64,000 nucleotides of DNA. Source: Octopus vulgaris (lineage: Eukaryota). Position 1 is the first letter of the stretch. Each line of letters opens with the position of its first letter. Positions 14,301 through 27,450 of this stretch are shown in pieces. The stretch covers positions 41,974,001-42,038,000 of the forward strand of contig OX597838.1 in NCBI GenBank assembly GCA_951406725.2. Reading direction: 5' to 3'. The notes under the pieces are model-generated. The model worked only from the letters and a program-made list of their open reading frames with translations, did no database searches and had not been told where the DNA came from. The position numbers and the translations under genes were made by a program.

Positions 14301-17300
14301 AGAATGACATTCTTCGCCACCTTCCCATTTCAACTGACCTAACTCCTCCTCTCCCCCCAACTCCCATACCACTCACACCACCGCCTTCATTTCTCCCATC
14401 ACTCTGGATTTTTCTCCTCTTTTCACTCCAACCCCGACATCATTCCTCTCTTTTCCTTTTCTCTTCATCTACACCTTTGCCACCGACGCCACACGGCTTC
14501 TTTATTCTCCACCACCGTCCCTCCAAGAAGAAGGACAAATGTCCAAAACGAATGGTTTTTTTTCCTACTCATTATGGTCAGTCAACTCACCGAACAATTC
14601 TTCTATCAACGATTGTTTCTACATTTAAATTAAAATGCAAGAATAATCAGGATATAAACCATTAAAGCACAAAAGACGATGTTAATTAAAAGCAGAAAAT
14701 ATAAATTCTGCAACAACTCTTCCGATAGATAAACAATTTATAAAGCGAAAGAAGTTGTTTTGTGTCAGTTGCTCCGGTGTAATAAATGATAATAATAATA
14801 ATAATGAAATTATTGTATACAGTGCTCGGGTGCACCACTTTAATGTAAAGTTATAAACTCGGCTTATTGGGAACTTTTTTTTCTTTTCTATTGTATGTCA
14901 CAAGTGTGTGTAGTCGATGTTGATATCATTTAAGTTGTTGACAACCAGCTTTTAGAGAGAGCAACTGTATTGTTGACTGAACGGGCTTCAAGTATTTAAA
15001 CGGCCACGGCAAATACGTCGTTGTCAGGCATTGCAGAACCCTGAGGAGACCCGAGCTAAAAGTGATTGGCACTTCTCTAGAGATTGTAAAATATATCTAG
15101 CTTTACAGACACACACACACGCATGCTTACAGACAGACACACACATGCTTAAAAGAGTCGACCGTTTATACTGACTCACATATTGACATTGCTACACACT
15201 GTGTGACACTCTCTCTTTCTCTCTCTCTGTCCGTTAATAAATTGGTGTCAGAACTTCGCCACCATTGGACTCGGCGGGGGGGGGGGGGGGCTAACGGGGA
15301 ATCGAGAGAGATAAGAAAATGAAAGCAAAAATTAATCATTTTGCCGATAATTAAGAGGTGTAAATATTTTATTTTACTGTTTTCCTTCCATTCTCTCCAC
15401 CCCCACCCCCCGTCATTCGTTTTCTCATGTCCTGGTTGAAATGATTGTTCAAAAATGAAAAGAAAGCAAAAAAGGTCGTTAACTGACCCAATCGTATCGT
15501 TTTTATTTCCTCTCAGCAACGCAGAAGGGGTGGGACCTGTTCATTAACCAAGCAGAAATGGGAATCTTAACGAAGGCTAATTGGAAATGGTTGTATCAGT
15601 GTTTGTTCAAGTGGCTCCTACTGTAAGGTTTGTCCTAATGTCTGTGTGATCAGAATGGTGGCAATGTTTCGGTATTAGTATATGACGTCAGTCATGGGTG
15701 TGTTCTGCTCTATCGAGCAGATAAGACACTCTGTCACTCTCACTCATGACATCATAGACTGTTACCGAAAGATCGCACAGAATGGCTTCAATAGCCATGG
15801 TCTGTCCTGGTTTCTGCGTGGTTCGTAACCTTATTACCTTCCCACAGCTGAAAATTAATTTTCGTATTTGGTTTCACCTCCCCTCACCTGCCTCTCTTTC
15901 TCTTCAACTCATACCAGTTGATACCAGTAATATACTGAGACTGAATAAATGGATTAAATAAGCATTCCTTATGTTTTTAGTATTTCTGTTTCTTTTTATG
16001 TATTCCCTCTTAATCACTTCTGGATAAGACTAAAAACCTGTTAGAAATAGCAGCCAAATCTCTTGCTTCATTGAGAAAAGACTATGTATCCGAGATAGGT
16101 GTGGAGAAAGTATTTTTTTTTTTTAAGATGATTTTTTTTCTCTTTAATATTCTGACGCTGAATCTGTACAACCATAACTGCTTGCAATGTGATACTAAGC
16201 TTGGCTAATTTCAACTTTTTATTTTTACAATGTAGCTATTTTGGATTTTTTGCTTCAGGAACTTAGAAAAAGAGAGAGAAAAAAAAACTAAACAAGTCAG
16301 GTTTTGTCTGTGAAGGCAAAAACAAACAAAAACATAATCAACAGACCTAATAGACATAGAGAACAATACTTTACAGACTTAGTTGCTTTTAACACAAAGT
16401 GCAATACGCACGACCATATTTTAGCTACAACATTCGCACGCACACACACACACACAAACGAGCTATTGAAGGGAGTTCTGTGCATTGCACTTAACGAGAG
16501 TTTAGCAGCAAACGAAACTTTTACACTTTGAGTCACGCTTGTAGCTTTAAAAGTAATTAAAAAGTTATATATAGCCCCTGACTATGGAGTTCTGTTTCTC
16601 CTGTTTATCTTACAAAGCATCTGTGTGTTGTGTGGTTTCAGGTTTGGTCCCACTGCATGGTACATTGGGCAAGTGTCTTCTACTATAACCCTGGGCCAAC
16701 CAAAGCCTTGTGAGTGAATTTGGTGGACAGAAACTGAAAAAAGAAAAGCACCATATATGTATGTACATGTGTGTGTGTGTGTTTGTTTGCATCCTTGTCT
16801 TGTTGGTTGTAAAAGAGTGCTGCTGGCATCATAAAGCAATGGTGTTCGGCTTCAATCTTTTGGGGAAAACATGTCAGCCACAGTGAAATATTACTTTGCT
16901 TGGAAACTAGCAAGGGTTGGCAACAGTAAGGGCATCTGGCCGTAGAGAATTTTCCTTAATGAATTACACTGTGCAAGCTTGGAAAAGTAGACGATCTGGT
17001 CATTCGTTTGTTGAATTCACTGGACTCAGTGTCTGTCTGTGCGTCTCTCTTGTCAGTGTTGGTATTGAGAATGCTCAGCTGAAATACTTAGGCACCTGCT
17101 GTCATTGTTTCATCCATGTCTTGAAGGACCTGTTTTCCTGATGATAGGAGGCAAGGCTTGAACTCAGAACACAGAGCTGAAACAGACACTGCAAGGCATC
17201 TCCTCCAACATGCTAACCATTCCACCAACTTTACCTCTGGATTGGTACTTACCAACACTGGGACCATGAAAGGCAAAAGTGATCTAGGAGGGATTTGATC

Positions 17301-18386
17301 TCAGAACTTGGTGAGCTGGAGCAAACACCATGAGGCAGTTTATCTGCTGCTGCGCTAATGATTTGATTTCCCATGCCAACATGGGAAATCATCATTGTTT
17401 AACGTCCGCTTTCCATGCTGGAATGGGTTGGATGGTTTGACTGAGGTCTGGCAAGCCAGATGGCTGCACCAGGCTCCAATCTGATCTGGCAGAGTTTCTA
17501 CAGCTGGATGCCCTTCCTAACGCCAATCACTCTGAGAGTGTAGAAATCAAATGTAAAAAGAACTTATATGTGTGTGTGTGTGCATCATGTGACTCACATG
17601 ACTGACCAGGCTATCAGATGTTGTCACACATCACCGATCACAATGTGCTTTTGCATTGTTTTAGCCTTCAAATAAAGCCATTTGGCTCTGTGCAACTTAG
17701 TTTCTTGGGTTCGTCAAATAAATCTAACTCATTAGGCTGCCTGACAAGCTAGGTTCATTTGATGAACTCCTGAAACTAATCTGCATGGAGCCATTTGCGT
17801 TTGGTGATGCAAATGGGAGAAATCCAACTCAAGAATCTGAGTACGGTAATGCTTCAATATATGAGTTTAGCTGTTCCTGGAGATTGCTTGTAAAGTGGAA
17901 GCTCGTAAAGCAGGGCAATAATTTCCCAAAGTAGCAATATTATAAATCGTAATTCGTTCCCAGAAAAATATTTTATCTATAAAATTTATAATACTTGTAA
18001 ATAAATGGCAATAAAACAAGAGTAGAGTGTTAAGAATATCTTTTTAAGATATTCTTAAAAAAGAATGTCAGGATCTTTTATAATAAAAAAAAATATTATA
18101 ATCGTTTTCTGAATCACACTGACTCGCACACACCATCAACTGCAGATGTGGTTGCCAATTCACAAGCACTCATAGACAGACTTGTAGATTTCTTTTTAAA
18201 AAACAAGTCTAGAGTTATTTGCTTAGAAGAAGCTTTTTTTTTTACTTTCTATAAATTTTTTGGTAACACACGGAAGCATTTGTTATGGTAGTGGAAACTT
18301 TTGCATTTCGTTAAGAATTTGGATCTTGTGCTTGAAAAATTTATTATAAAACTTGTAAACCTAGGTTCACGTAAAGTGGGTCCTCG

Positions 18387-18427
<41 letters not shown>

Positions 18428-18430
<3 letters not shown>

Positions 18431-18780
18431 CGTGGATGTAGCTATGTTGTAAGAACTTTGCTTCCCAACCATATGGTTTTGGGTTCATTTCCACTGCAAG
18501 GCACCTCAGGCAGGTGTCTTCTATAACTCAAAGCTAAGACAGGAAGCTTGTTGTGTGTTAGTGTCTTCTTACCTTGACGTCATGTGATCGTGTCACTGTC
18601 ATGAAAGCAGTGTCCTATGTTTCCAGTACTTTGTGAAAACCTGTCTGGTTATAGGGAAATATTATCTTATTTGAAAACGAGTCTGGGTTGATGGCAGGAA
18701 GCACATCCAGCAGCAGAAAATCCAACTCAATGAATTCCATCCAGCTCATGCAAGCGTGAGAAAGTGCATATTAAAATGAT

Positions 18781-18782
<2 letters not shown>
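18428..18782 (+). mobile_element. SINE family A, variant A2, diverged
   Basis: Head plus ggcaggaagcacatccagc...catgcaagc...taaaatgatga tail. Confidence 0.65.
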
Positions 18783-18813
<31 letters not shown>

Positions 18814-19479
18814 TTTGCGTGTGTGTCTACATGTTAGTATGCAAAAAGAACATATAGGGGACAGAAAATGCTTTGCAGTGTTTGTTCCAGTTCCACGGTC
18901 TGAGTTCAAATCCTGCCAAAGTCTACTTTACCTTTTATCTTTTCGAGGTCAGTAAAAGTACCGGTCAAGTACTGGGATCAACGGTATCACTTAACACCCT
19001 CCCCCCTCTACTGGCCTAGTACTAAATGGCGAATCTTCATTTTCATATAGGAAATCCCAACTGGCCTCCAAATTAAGCGCAACTTCCACAACCTTCTAAC
19101 TTCTCTGTTGTTTGAAATTAATTTCTGCTGAGTTGTCCAACTGAGACATTCTTGCCAAAGCTTCCTTCAAGCGCATTCATCAAGTTCTTCCCTTAATTAA
19201 TTGCTGCTAAGTAATCTCCCACTTTCTCCTCTTCATTTGCCTGTCTTAACAATGGCAGCCACAGTTGTGTCCGTGTGGTTCTGCTAACCAAAACGTTTGA
19301 TCCCCCCCCCCCCCACTGTTAAGCCATTCTCAATTTCCTTCTGCTCTGCCGTTTATTTTTACTACATTTTGCTGCCACACATGTTGGTGATGGTGATATT
19401 TCTGGTGGTTATTGGTTTCATTAGAGACGGATTATTTTAAAATTGTTTTCATTTCATTCTCAAAGTTCCATAGATATGT

Positions 19480-19620
19480 GGTTAGAATACTGCAGGTAAG
19501 GATCTTAAGACAGATTCTTCAAGCTGAGCCAATTGGCAGGAGACCCGGAGGTGGGAAGACCAAGAATGAATTGGTTGGATAATATCCAGCTGGTTGCAAA
19601 TGGTTGGAATCCAGAAGGAA
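19480..19620 (+). mobile_element. Short RTE LINE fragment
   Basis: LRQILQAEPIGRR / GRPRMNWLDNI matches the RTE G.R.RGRP...W.D.I motif. Confidence 0.55.
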
Positions 19621-20544
19621 AATGCAATGACAGTTGTTTCTGATAGGACTTTATGGAAAAGGTGCCTGAGGAATCCCCACCCCCAGGAATAGTGGGTGAC
19701 GAAAATGGATGAATATATATAGGAAACATTACTAGTTTTTGTCTTTCAATCATCAATTTGGACCCCTTTGAACCCCTTTGCATAATAAATTTCACAGGTT
19801 TTGATTTTTTTTTACAATACTTCATCCCCCCCCCCCCCACATCTGATTAGTTTTGTTTAATCTTAACCTTTAACCTCGTAATTAATCTAGCCTTTTACAA
19901 AAAGAAGGATCAACTGACGATCCACATCTTCACCAAACTCTTCTTTTATATTACTTCAGCCCATGTACTGCAAAATCAGCTGAAGTTTGGGGTAACTGAA
20001 AGCACCAACTGTCCCTTTGTCTAATTTCCAGTCTTAAGGACCAGCACCACAAGTTGCCGACATCATTCCAAATGTCTCTGAGATATTTTTCCCCCTATTA
20101 GGATTGCTTTAATTTCTCTGTTTTAGTTTGAAATGTCTACGTAGTGGGATTGTTGTTTGCTGGCATTTTTCCACCACCAATTGTGAGAGATATGCATATT
20201 CTCTTCCCACATATTTCATATTTTTTTCTTTTACATAGGGGGGGAGGGTCTTGATAAGGTCCACATCAACCAAGTTGATGTTGCTACAGTTGCATCTGGT
20301 ATCGTCAGCCCCACCGTCCCCTCAAACATCTATTTACAGAATGACACTAATGGCATTACCAGTGATTTCGCTGCTGTTAGACACACAGCCTGGGTTGCTG
20401 TTGTTGGTGCTGTAGCTATTGTTGTCGTCTCTAATAATATTTACTCATAAGAGAACTGCATCTGTCCTCATTTATCATGGAGATTAGATCCCCTCCTCCA
20501 CCCATAAAAACCCTACAGTGATAAATGAATCGTTCCATGCACTT

Positions 20545-20714
20545 TGTCAAGGCAACAAGTGATAGTCATTGAAACCAAACTCGCAGCCCACAGCAGCGAG
20601 GCTTTCTTTGTCACGTATTTTCTGGATCATTTCTGCCTTTTCCTGGATCATTTCTTGTTTGCATCATTTTTACGGATCAGGCACTTCCATATTTTCTCTC
20701 TTCACTGGTCCCAT
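20545..20714 (-). mobile_element. Tigger/pogo transposase 5' remnant (psq-type HTH)
   Basis: MGPVKRENMEVPDP*K*CKQEMIQEKAEMIQKIRDKESLAAVGCEFGFND resembles the Tigger N-terminus K.K..T.QEK.E...K...GES.A.VGR.FG.NE; two in-frame stops. Confidence 0.65.
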
Positions 20715-21184
20715 CTTGATAGACACAAGTTCACAAATCCGTATAAAAAACACATCCTTGTGGCACAGTCACATAAAAACAAGCAATAGCTAGTGCATTG
20801 AGGGTAGCTGAGGATTGTGGGTGGTTACTGGGGTACCTTTTTGTGGTACAAGCAGAATCTTCAGCTGATTGCCAACTCATGTTACCACAGATCAATCTGT
20901 GGTTCACAACTCGTTTCAAGTGATGAGGTCACATGTCTCATTATGTCTGCAACTTCCTGCTTTGTCTGTCTGCTACCGTCTCTTCCTACTTCTGGCTTCT
21001 TATCAGGGCTGACAGTTTTGAAGGAAAAAAGAAACCCTTTAGGGACCAAATCACCAACACACTACTGAAGAACTCTGTAAAAGCTTTGTAGTTATAGAAA
21101 TTCTACCATAAATGAAATTTAGGAATAATCTTGCATTGCCCATTGGTTCTTTATTTTTTCTTCTAGCCTTTCTTTTTTTTTTTT

Positions 21185-21575
21185 ATCTGTTATGTTTCAA
21201 GCATTTGGAATGTGGTCATACTGGGGCACCACCTTGAAAGATTTTAATCAAACAAATTGATCCCAGTTCTTATTTGTTTTGAAGTCTGGTGCCTATTCTA
21301 TAGGTTTATTTTGCCAAAACCAGTATTACAGGGATGTAAACAAACCAACACGGGTTTTTAATCAATTAAAAGGTGGGGACAAACACATGCGTATGCACCC
21401 CCTCCTGCCCACATATGAAGGGCTTGCACACAATTTCCATCTGCTAAATTCACTCAGGAGTCATTGATTGGCCCAGGGCTATAATAGAAAACATTTACCC
21501 AAGGTACCATGCAGTAGGACCGAACCTGGAACCACATGGTTGCTTAGTGAGCTTCTTAACAACCACACAGCTCTC
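21185..21575 (-). mobile_element. SINE family A, diverged copy
   Basis: Collinear with family A consensus with many substitutions. Confidence 0.75.
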
Positions 21576-21730
21576 CTCAAAACGCACCAACAAATTTATC
21601 CGTTTTTTAATTTTATTATTTTGGATTTAGATTAACCATTAATCAACAAATCCATATTTTCATTTAGATGTCAGTGAAAGTTGATTTACAAACGAATAAT
21701 AAATAATGTTGAGTATTTTAGAAAGATTCC

Positions 21731-21775
<45 letters not shown>

Positions 21776-22339
21776 CTCCTGTTGACACTAAAGTGTTGTC
21801 ACTTCATTTATTGACACCTCCTTGGAATTGCCATTATATATATATATATATATATATATGGCTGTATGTCCTCACTGAAATAATTTGTCAACATCACTCT
21901 TCATGCCGCCTTGCCATTTTTCTCCTTTTCTTTCTTCTTTCTAGAACTGACATTGTGTTCATTGTAGAACATGTGAAGTTTCTGCTTGTCTTATGTTGAA
22001 TAATGAAGTCATTTCCTAAATAAATGACAATGCTTTTTAACAAGGTTATGCAATTGTTTTTTGAGGAGGGTCAACCTAGTTGACCCCCAACACTTGAATA
22101 ACGCTCGGCTTAGCATCAACTACTGAAGGACTCAAAAGCAAGGTCTTTTCTTATTTAACCCTGGCAGAATTTGTCTCGTGTGACGAATTCTGCCAAGAGA
22201 TGGAACTAACAGATTCTGCTTTCAAATCTCACTGTAAGTTTTGAAATAAGTGGTCAGACCAACCTTTTGGAATTAGAAGAAAGCAAATGGTCAGAGCTGC
22301 ATGCAACTTGAGTTATGACTGAGTTGGGGTCATAATTAT

Positions 22340-22530
22340 TTCTACTCTTGGGGAAGGGGACTAGTTGGTTACATCGACCCCAGTGCACAACTGGTACTTA
22401 ATTTATCGACCCCAAAAGGATGAAAGGCAAAGTTGACCTCAGCGGAATTTGAACTCAGGACGTAAAGGCAGACGAAATACCACTAAGCATTTTGCCTGGT
22501 GTGCTAACAATTCTGCCAGCTTGCTGCCTT
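22340..22530 (-). mobile_element. SINE family B, well preserved
   Basis: Reverse complement reads ggcagcaagctggcagaattgttagcac...gagttcaaattccgctgaggtcaactttgcctttcatccttttggggtcgataaattaagtacc. Confidence 0.85.
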
Positions 22531-23805
22531 TGAGTGGGTGTCGTAATGCAATGTCGTGGACCTGCCCGCCCACCCTCAGTTCAGCACTCCACCACTTTTC
22601 CTTACGCGTTTTCTTTCTCTGTCACTCTCTCTCTCCCCACCTGAAGTAGCTAGGTTCCCCCCAATACAAAACTCCATTTTGCTCTCCCTCAATAGTACTA
22701 CCCCCCCCTCTGTTGAAGGGGTCTTGTCTCACTGATGCTGGTGCTACACTCTGTAAAATGGTTTGCATTAAGGAGGACATCCAGCTATAGAACCCATACC
22801 AAAGTAGATGGCAGGGTCTGGTGCAGCCTCCTGATTTGCCAGTTCCTGTTGAACCATTCAACCCATGCCAGCATGGAAAAGGGATGTTAAATGATGATGA
22901 GGATGATGCACACACCGTCTTCGTTATCATTTAATGACCCTGTCCCTTTCTGGCCATGGGTTGGACAGTTGGCAATGGAGTCCAAGGACTGGATCGACTT
23001 CCTGTGTCTGCTTTGACATGGTATCTGTCTATGGCTGGATGCTCTTCCTAATGCCATAATTAACTAATTAACACATCTTAATTCACTTTGATGTCATGCG
23101 TGTTTGCCTTTTCACATAACTGTTTGCAGACTATTGTTATAGGTGAGGAGGTTGGGAGGGAGGCAGAAGAAAAGGTTGTGGTACAGGGGTGGGTATCTCG
23201 TGAACAATTAAACTGCAAAATCTTCCATCGGACAGAATATAAACATGATGAGCTTCTTTCAGTTTCCCTCTGCCAAATCCACTCACAAGGCTTTGGTCAG
23301 CCTGTGGCTATAGAAGACACTTACCCAAGATGTCATACAGTAGGATTGAACCAGAAACCACATGGCTGGGGCAGCAAACTCCCCAATCATGCAGCCACAC
23401 CTGCATCTATGTTCCTTTCTTCTTTTAATCCCAAATCATCAAAGAACTGTCAGTTTTTTGCCACACTGGAACCCAAGATACTTATTTAGTAAGCACCGAG
23501 GTAGACATGGACACAGGTTTAGTTTCCAGTTGTATTTCATATTATTTAATATCCATTGGAAAGACAAGATCCGAGGACAAAAGGCGAAACAATTGATACC
23601 ACCACCATCATCATCATCACCATCATCCTGTCAGAGAGTAAATAAATATTTGGCCTATATTTTAGCATTAAGTATTTTTTTTTTTAAGTGGCATCTTGTT
23701 GCAAGAAACTGACTTTATTTTTTCTGAGGCATTCTTTAAAAAGTTAAGATTTTTACACTTATATACTTTTTTTGTCAGAATATTTTTATCTATATTTTTG
23801 AGGGT

Positions 23806-24029
23806 AAATAATAATAACAATAATAATAATAATAATAATGATAATAATGATAATAATAATAATAATCATAATCATAATAATAATAATAATCATAATAATA
23901 ATAATCATAATAATAATAATAATAATAATAATGATAATAATGATAATAATAATAATAATCATAATCATAATAATAATAATAATCATAATAATAATAATCA
24001 TAATAATAATAATAATAATGATAATAATG

Positions 24030-24070
<41 letters not shown>

Positions 24071-24190
24071 CATAATAATAATAATAATAATCATAATAAT
24101 AATAATAATAATGATAATAATCATAATAATAATAATAATCATAATAATAATAATTAATAATAATAATAATGATTATCATAATAATAATGG
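23806..24190. repeat. Compound (AAT)n microsatellite with CAT/GAT interruptions, ~385 bp
   Basis: Directly visible; produces the spurious poly-N, poly-I and poly-Y ORFs. Confidence 0.98.
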
Positions 24191-24289
24191 TTTGAAATTT
24201 TGCCACAAGGGCAGTCATTTTGTGGGAAGGGGATGAGTCGATTACATTGAGCCCTAGTTTCAGTGTCTGAATCTGGGGTCATCACTTTT

Positions 24290-24530
24290 TGACTGTCAAT
24301 TTTATTCTCTCCCTTCTCTTCTTCTCTCTGTCCTTTCTCTCCCTCCTCCCTTCTCTTATCTCCTTCTCACTGTCTTTTCTCCTTCCTTCTCTCTCCCTTT
24401 CTCCTCTCTCTTTTCTCTCTTTCTTTCTCTCCTCACTCTCCCTCCTTCTTTCCTCTCCCCTCCTCTCTCCACCTCCTCCATCCTTTCTCTCTCCTCCCCA
24501 CATCCCTCAGCCTTGCTTTTTCTCCTTTAC
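24290..24530. repeat. Polypyrimidine (CT-rich) low-complexity tract
   Basis: Almost exclusively C/T on the + strand over ~240 bp. Confidence 0.9.
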
Positions 24531-24859
24531 TTAAAACCAGTTAAAGTTTCCAGACATTTACAAACCTTCATTAAAACTACGACAATCTTAATCTTTCTCT
24601 CTTTTCTACCAATTTACAATTTTAGGCATTTTTCTTTCCTTTTGTTTTTCTCTTTTTTTTTGTGAATATTTTTCTTATTTATTGGTTCTATGCAATAAAT
24701 AACACAAAAAAATATTTTTTTAAGGTGGTAAAACCAGCTCGCTTGGTTAGGTTGTGTTTAATCTGATTTAAGGAGATTATGTAGCCAAGTGACAAGTCAA
24801 AAGATTAGCACTAGCAAAGGATCAACAATAATCACAACACAAATAATCCTCCATGAATT

Positions 24860-25146
24860 TGTGTGTGATTGTGTTTTTATACATATGTGTGTGTGTATAT
24901 GTATGTGTCTGTGTGTGTCTCTATGTGTGTTTATGTGTGTGTGTGTGTGTCTGTCTATATGTGTGTCTATGTATGTATATGTATCTGTCTGTATGAATGT
25001 ATATGTCTGTGTATGTGTGTGTGTGTGTATGTCTATATGCGTCTGTGTGTGTCTGTGTATATGCATGTGTCTATATGTGTGTCTATATGTATGTATATGT
25101 TTCTGTGTATATGTGTGTGTCTATGTGTGTGTGTATATATATATAT
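24860..25146. repeat. Compound GT/AT microsatellite, with a homologous copy at 25600-25828
   Basis: Shared interruption pattern gtctatatgcgtctg, atgcatgtgtctata, gtatatgtttctgtgtat. Confidence 0.9.
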
Positions 25147-26899
25147 AGTGAATATTTTTTATGTTTTCTTTTTGTTTTTGTTGTTTTCCTCCCACTGTTA
25201 ACCCGTATTAAAGCAGGTTGAGAGGCTTAAAATATTTTTGAGCTAATGAAGTTTCGTAGTTGAGAATTACCTGTTTATGTCATGCTGTTGTTGTTGTTGT
25301 TGTTAATGGTGTGTGTGTGTGTGGGGGGGGGGGGCAAGGTTAGTTGTGTTTGTTGTGGATTTATTTCGTTGTATTACCAACATAACCTTTCCCTGTGAAT
25401 GGTGTGGCTCTGTTGACCCTGACTCAATTTAAACATTGTTACCAGCTTTTGCATGTGTGTGCATGTGTATCCCTGTATTTAGTGACCCCTTTTATACCAA
25501 CCCACTTGAGACTGCCCCTTTGGTGCTAATGATAAAACTTCCCATTCTAAAGGGATCTAAAAATCTTCCATCAAAATTTCCATGTTATATTCCAAACACT
25601 GTCTGTGTGTTTCTATATGTGTGTTTATGTGTGTGTGTGTGTGTGTGTGTGTGTCCATATGTGTGTCTATGTATGTATATGTATCTGTCTGTGTATGTGT
25701 GTGTGTGTATGTCTATATGCGTCTGTGTGTGTCTATATGTGTGTTTGTGTGTGTGTGTGTGTCTGTCTATATGCATGTGTCTATATGTATGTATATGTTT
25801 CTGTGTATATGTGTGTATCTATGTGTTTAGGTTTTTTTTTTACTAAATTCTTCAATTCTTTGAAAATTAATTGAAGCCAAGTTAAAGAACTTCAACAGAG
25901 ATATGATAACAGAAGGCTTAAAGAATGGTGCAGTTTATTTGTCTTACAAATCTAAAGAGTCAGAAATGGAGCTGTACAATTGACGCAGGGTTGAGGTACT
26001 TAGGGATTAATTATTTGGCAGGAACTTGTGGAATGATGACTCCTTTGAAAAGGTGGTCTTTGAACAAAGAACTGCTGCTATATGGCTATCTTTAAATTTT
26101 TGCCATTTTCCTTGTTTATAATTCAAATGGATCAAAGAGGTTTTCATCTCGTGCTTTTCAGGATTAAAACATATTCAACCCTGAACAACATAAGATTGAA
26201 TTATGACTGGATTTGAGGAATATTGGGGATAATTTGGATAGATTTTAGAATATTGAGGAGTCTAAATTTTTAGACTTATCCAAATTATTATTTTCCAAGT
26301 GTTTTGTGTCTAATATTGACCATGGGTTTCTTCCACTAATAGTTCAAGTACAATTTTGTTTATGTTAAAAAAAGGATTTTAACCATCATATTCTGGTTTG
26401 TTGTTGTTGTTTTAGGTCTTTTTTTGTGGGGCTTTTTTCCCTCTAAATCATTTAGACATAAATCTATAATTCATTCTAATCCCTTTCTCACATTAGTTCA
26501 CGATTCACTAATTTGTATGGGAGGGCTGTATCAAATTAATTCCACTTAATAAAAGTGTGAAACCAAATATTAGAATGTATTTTATCTGATCGTTTACCAT
26601 TTCTGCAGAAGAAAATCATCCTAGTCAATAATGTAGAAGTCTGTGAAATCCTGTGCCAAGATGTAACTTCACATAACTAATTACAATCCATAATCCCAAA
26701 TTCACCAAGTTCTTCACATGTAGCAATACAAACAAAGAACACTGTCAAACCACCACATGTGGAGGAAGTCACCCTTTATCTTTAAATCATTAAAAAGGGT
26801 GTATAATTCTTAAAAGACAGGTACGCTGTAATTACTGCCTGAACCTGGCCAACATATCTTCATGATGAACATAAAGATTAGTCAGGTGTTTTGTGATTT

Positions 26900-27450
26900 T
26901 GTATCTCAAGCCCTTCATTAATTCACTCTGCTCCCCAGACACTGGAAGAATCTCTCATCCCATTTGAGATGTAACAAACAATTTCGTTCTTCACTTTAGA
27001 ATGAACCATGTTTTAATCTGCTGAAATCTACAAAAAATTGTGGATAAATGAAATTGGCAGCCTTCATATTCCAATGTCCTTTTGTTGGGAGAAAGATAAT
27101 GGGAAAATGCCAACATGAAGAATATGAGCAACAGAATAATCTGTGACAATTGGAGACGTCTTTGCTATTATTTGCTGGTAAAACCTTTTGTGAAAATCCT
27201 TTTGAATCGTCTAAAAACATCCCCAAATCCTTGCTGAAATGTGTTCTTTTGGTAGAAGTGCCAAAGGCCTGATATTTTGTTTGTGAGGGTTTTGGTAAAA
27301 CTACATTGAATAGTACATATCATTGTATTTAGGGACTTCACTAAAGTTTTCAGCATTGTTGGAACCAAGTTGTGGAAATTGCTGAAAACTTTCAGGCGTT
27401 TTGGTAATTCATTAAAATGATACAAGTTCTCCACATCTCAGACCCAATGT
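26900..27450 (+). mobile_element. Highly decayed RTE reverse transcriptase fragment
   Basis: Frameshifted NRIICDNWR / SLLLFAGK / VKILLNRL / IVFRDFTKVFSIVGTKLWKLL / FIKMIQVLH parallel RTE RT motifs (NYRGISLLS.AGK..A.ILLNRL; F.DLTKAFD.V...LW..L). Confidence 0.7.

Noticed and set aside
23696-25874. Long ORFs of poly-N/I/Y and CV repeats
   Set aside because: Translations of microsatellites; no splice or homology support.
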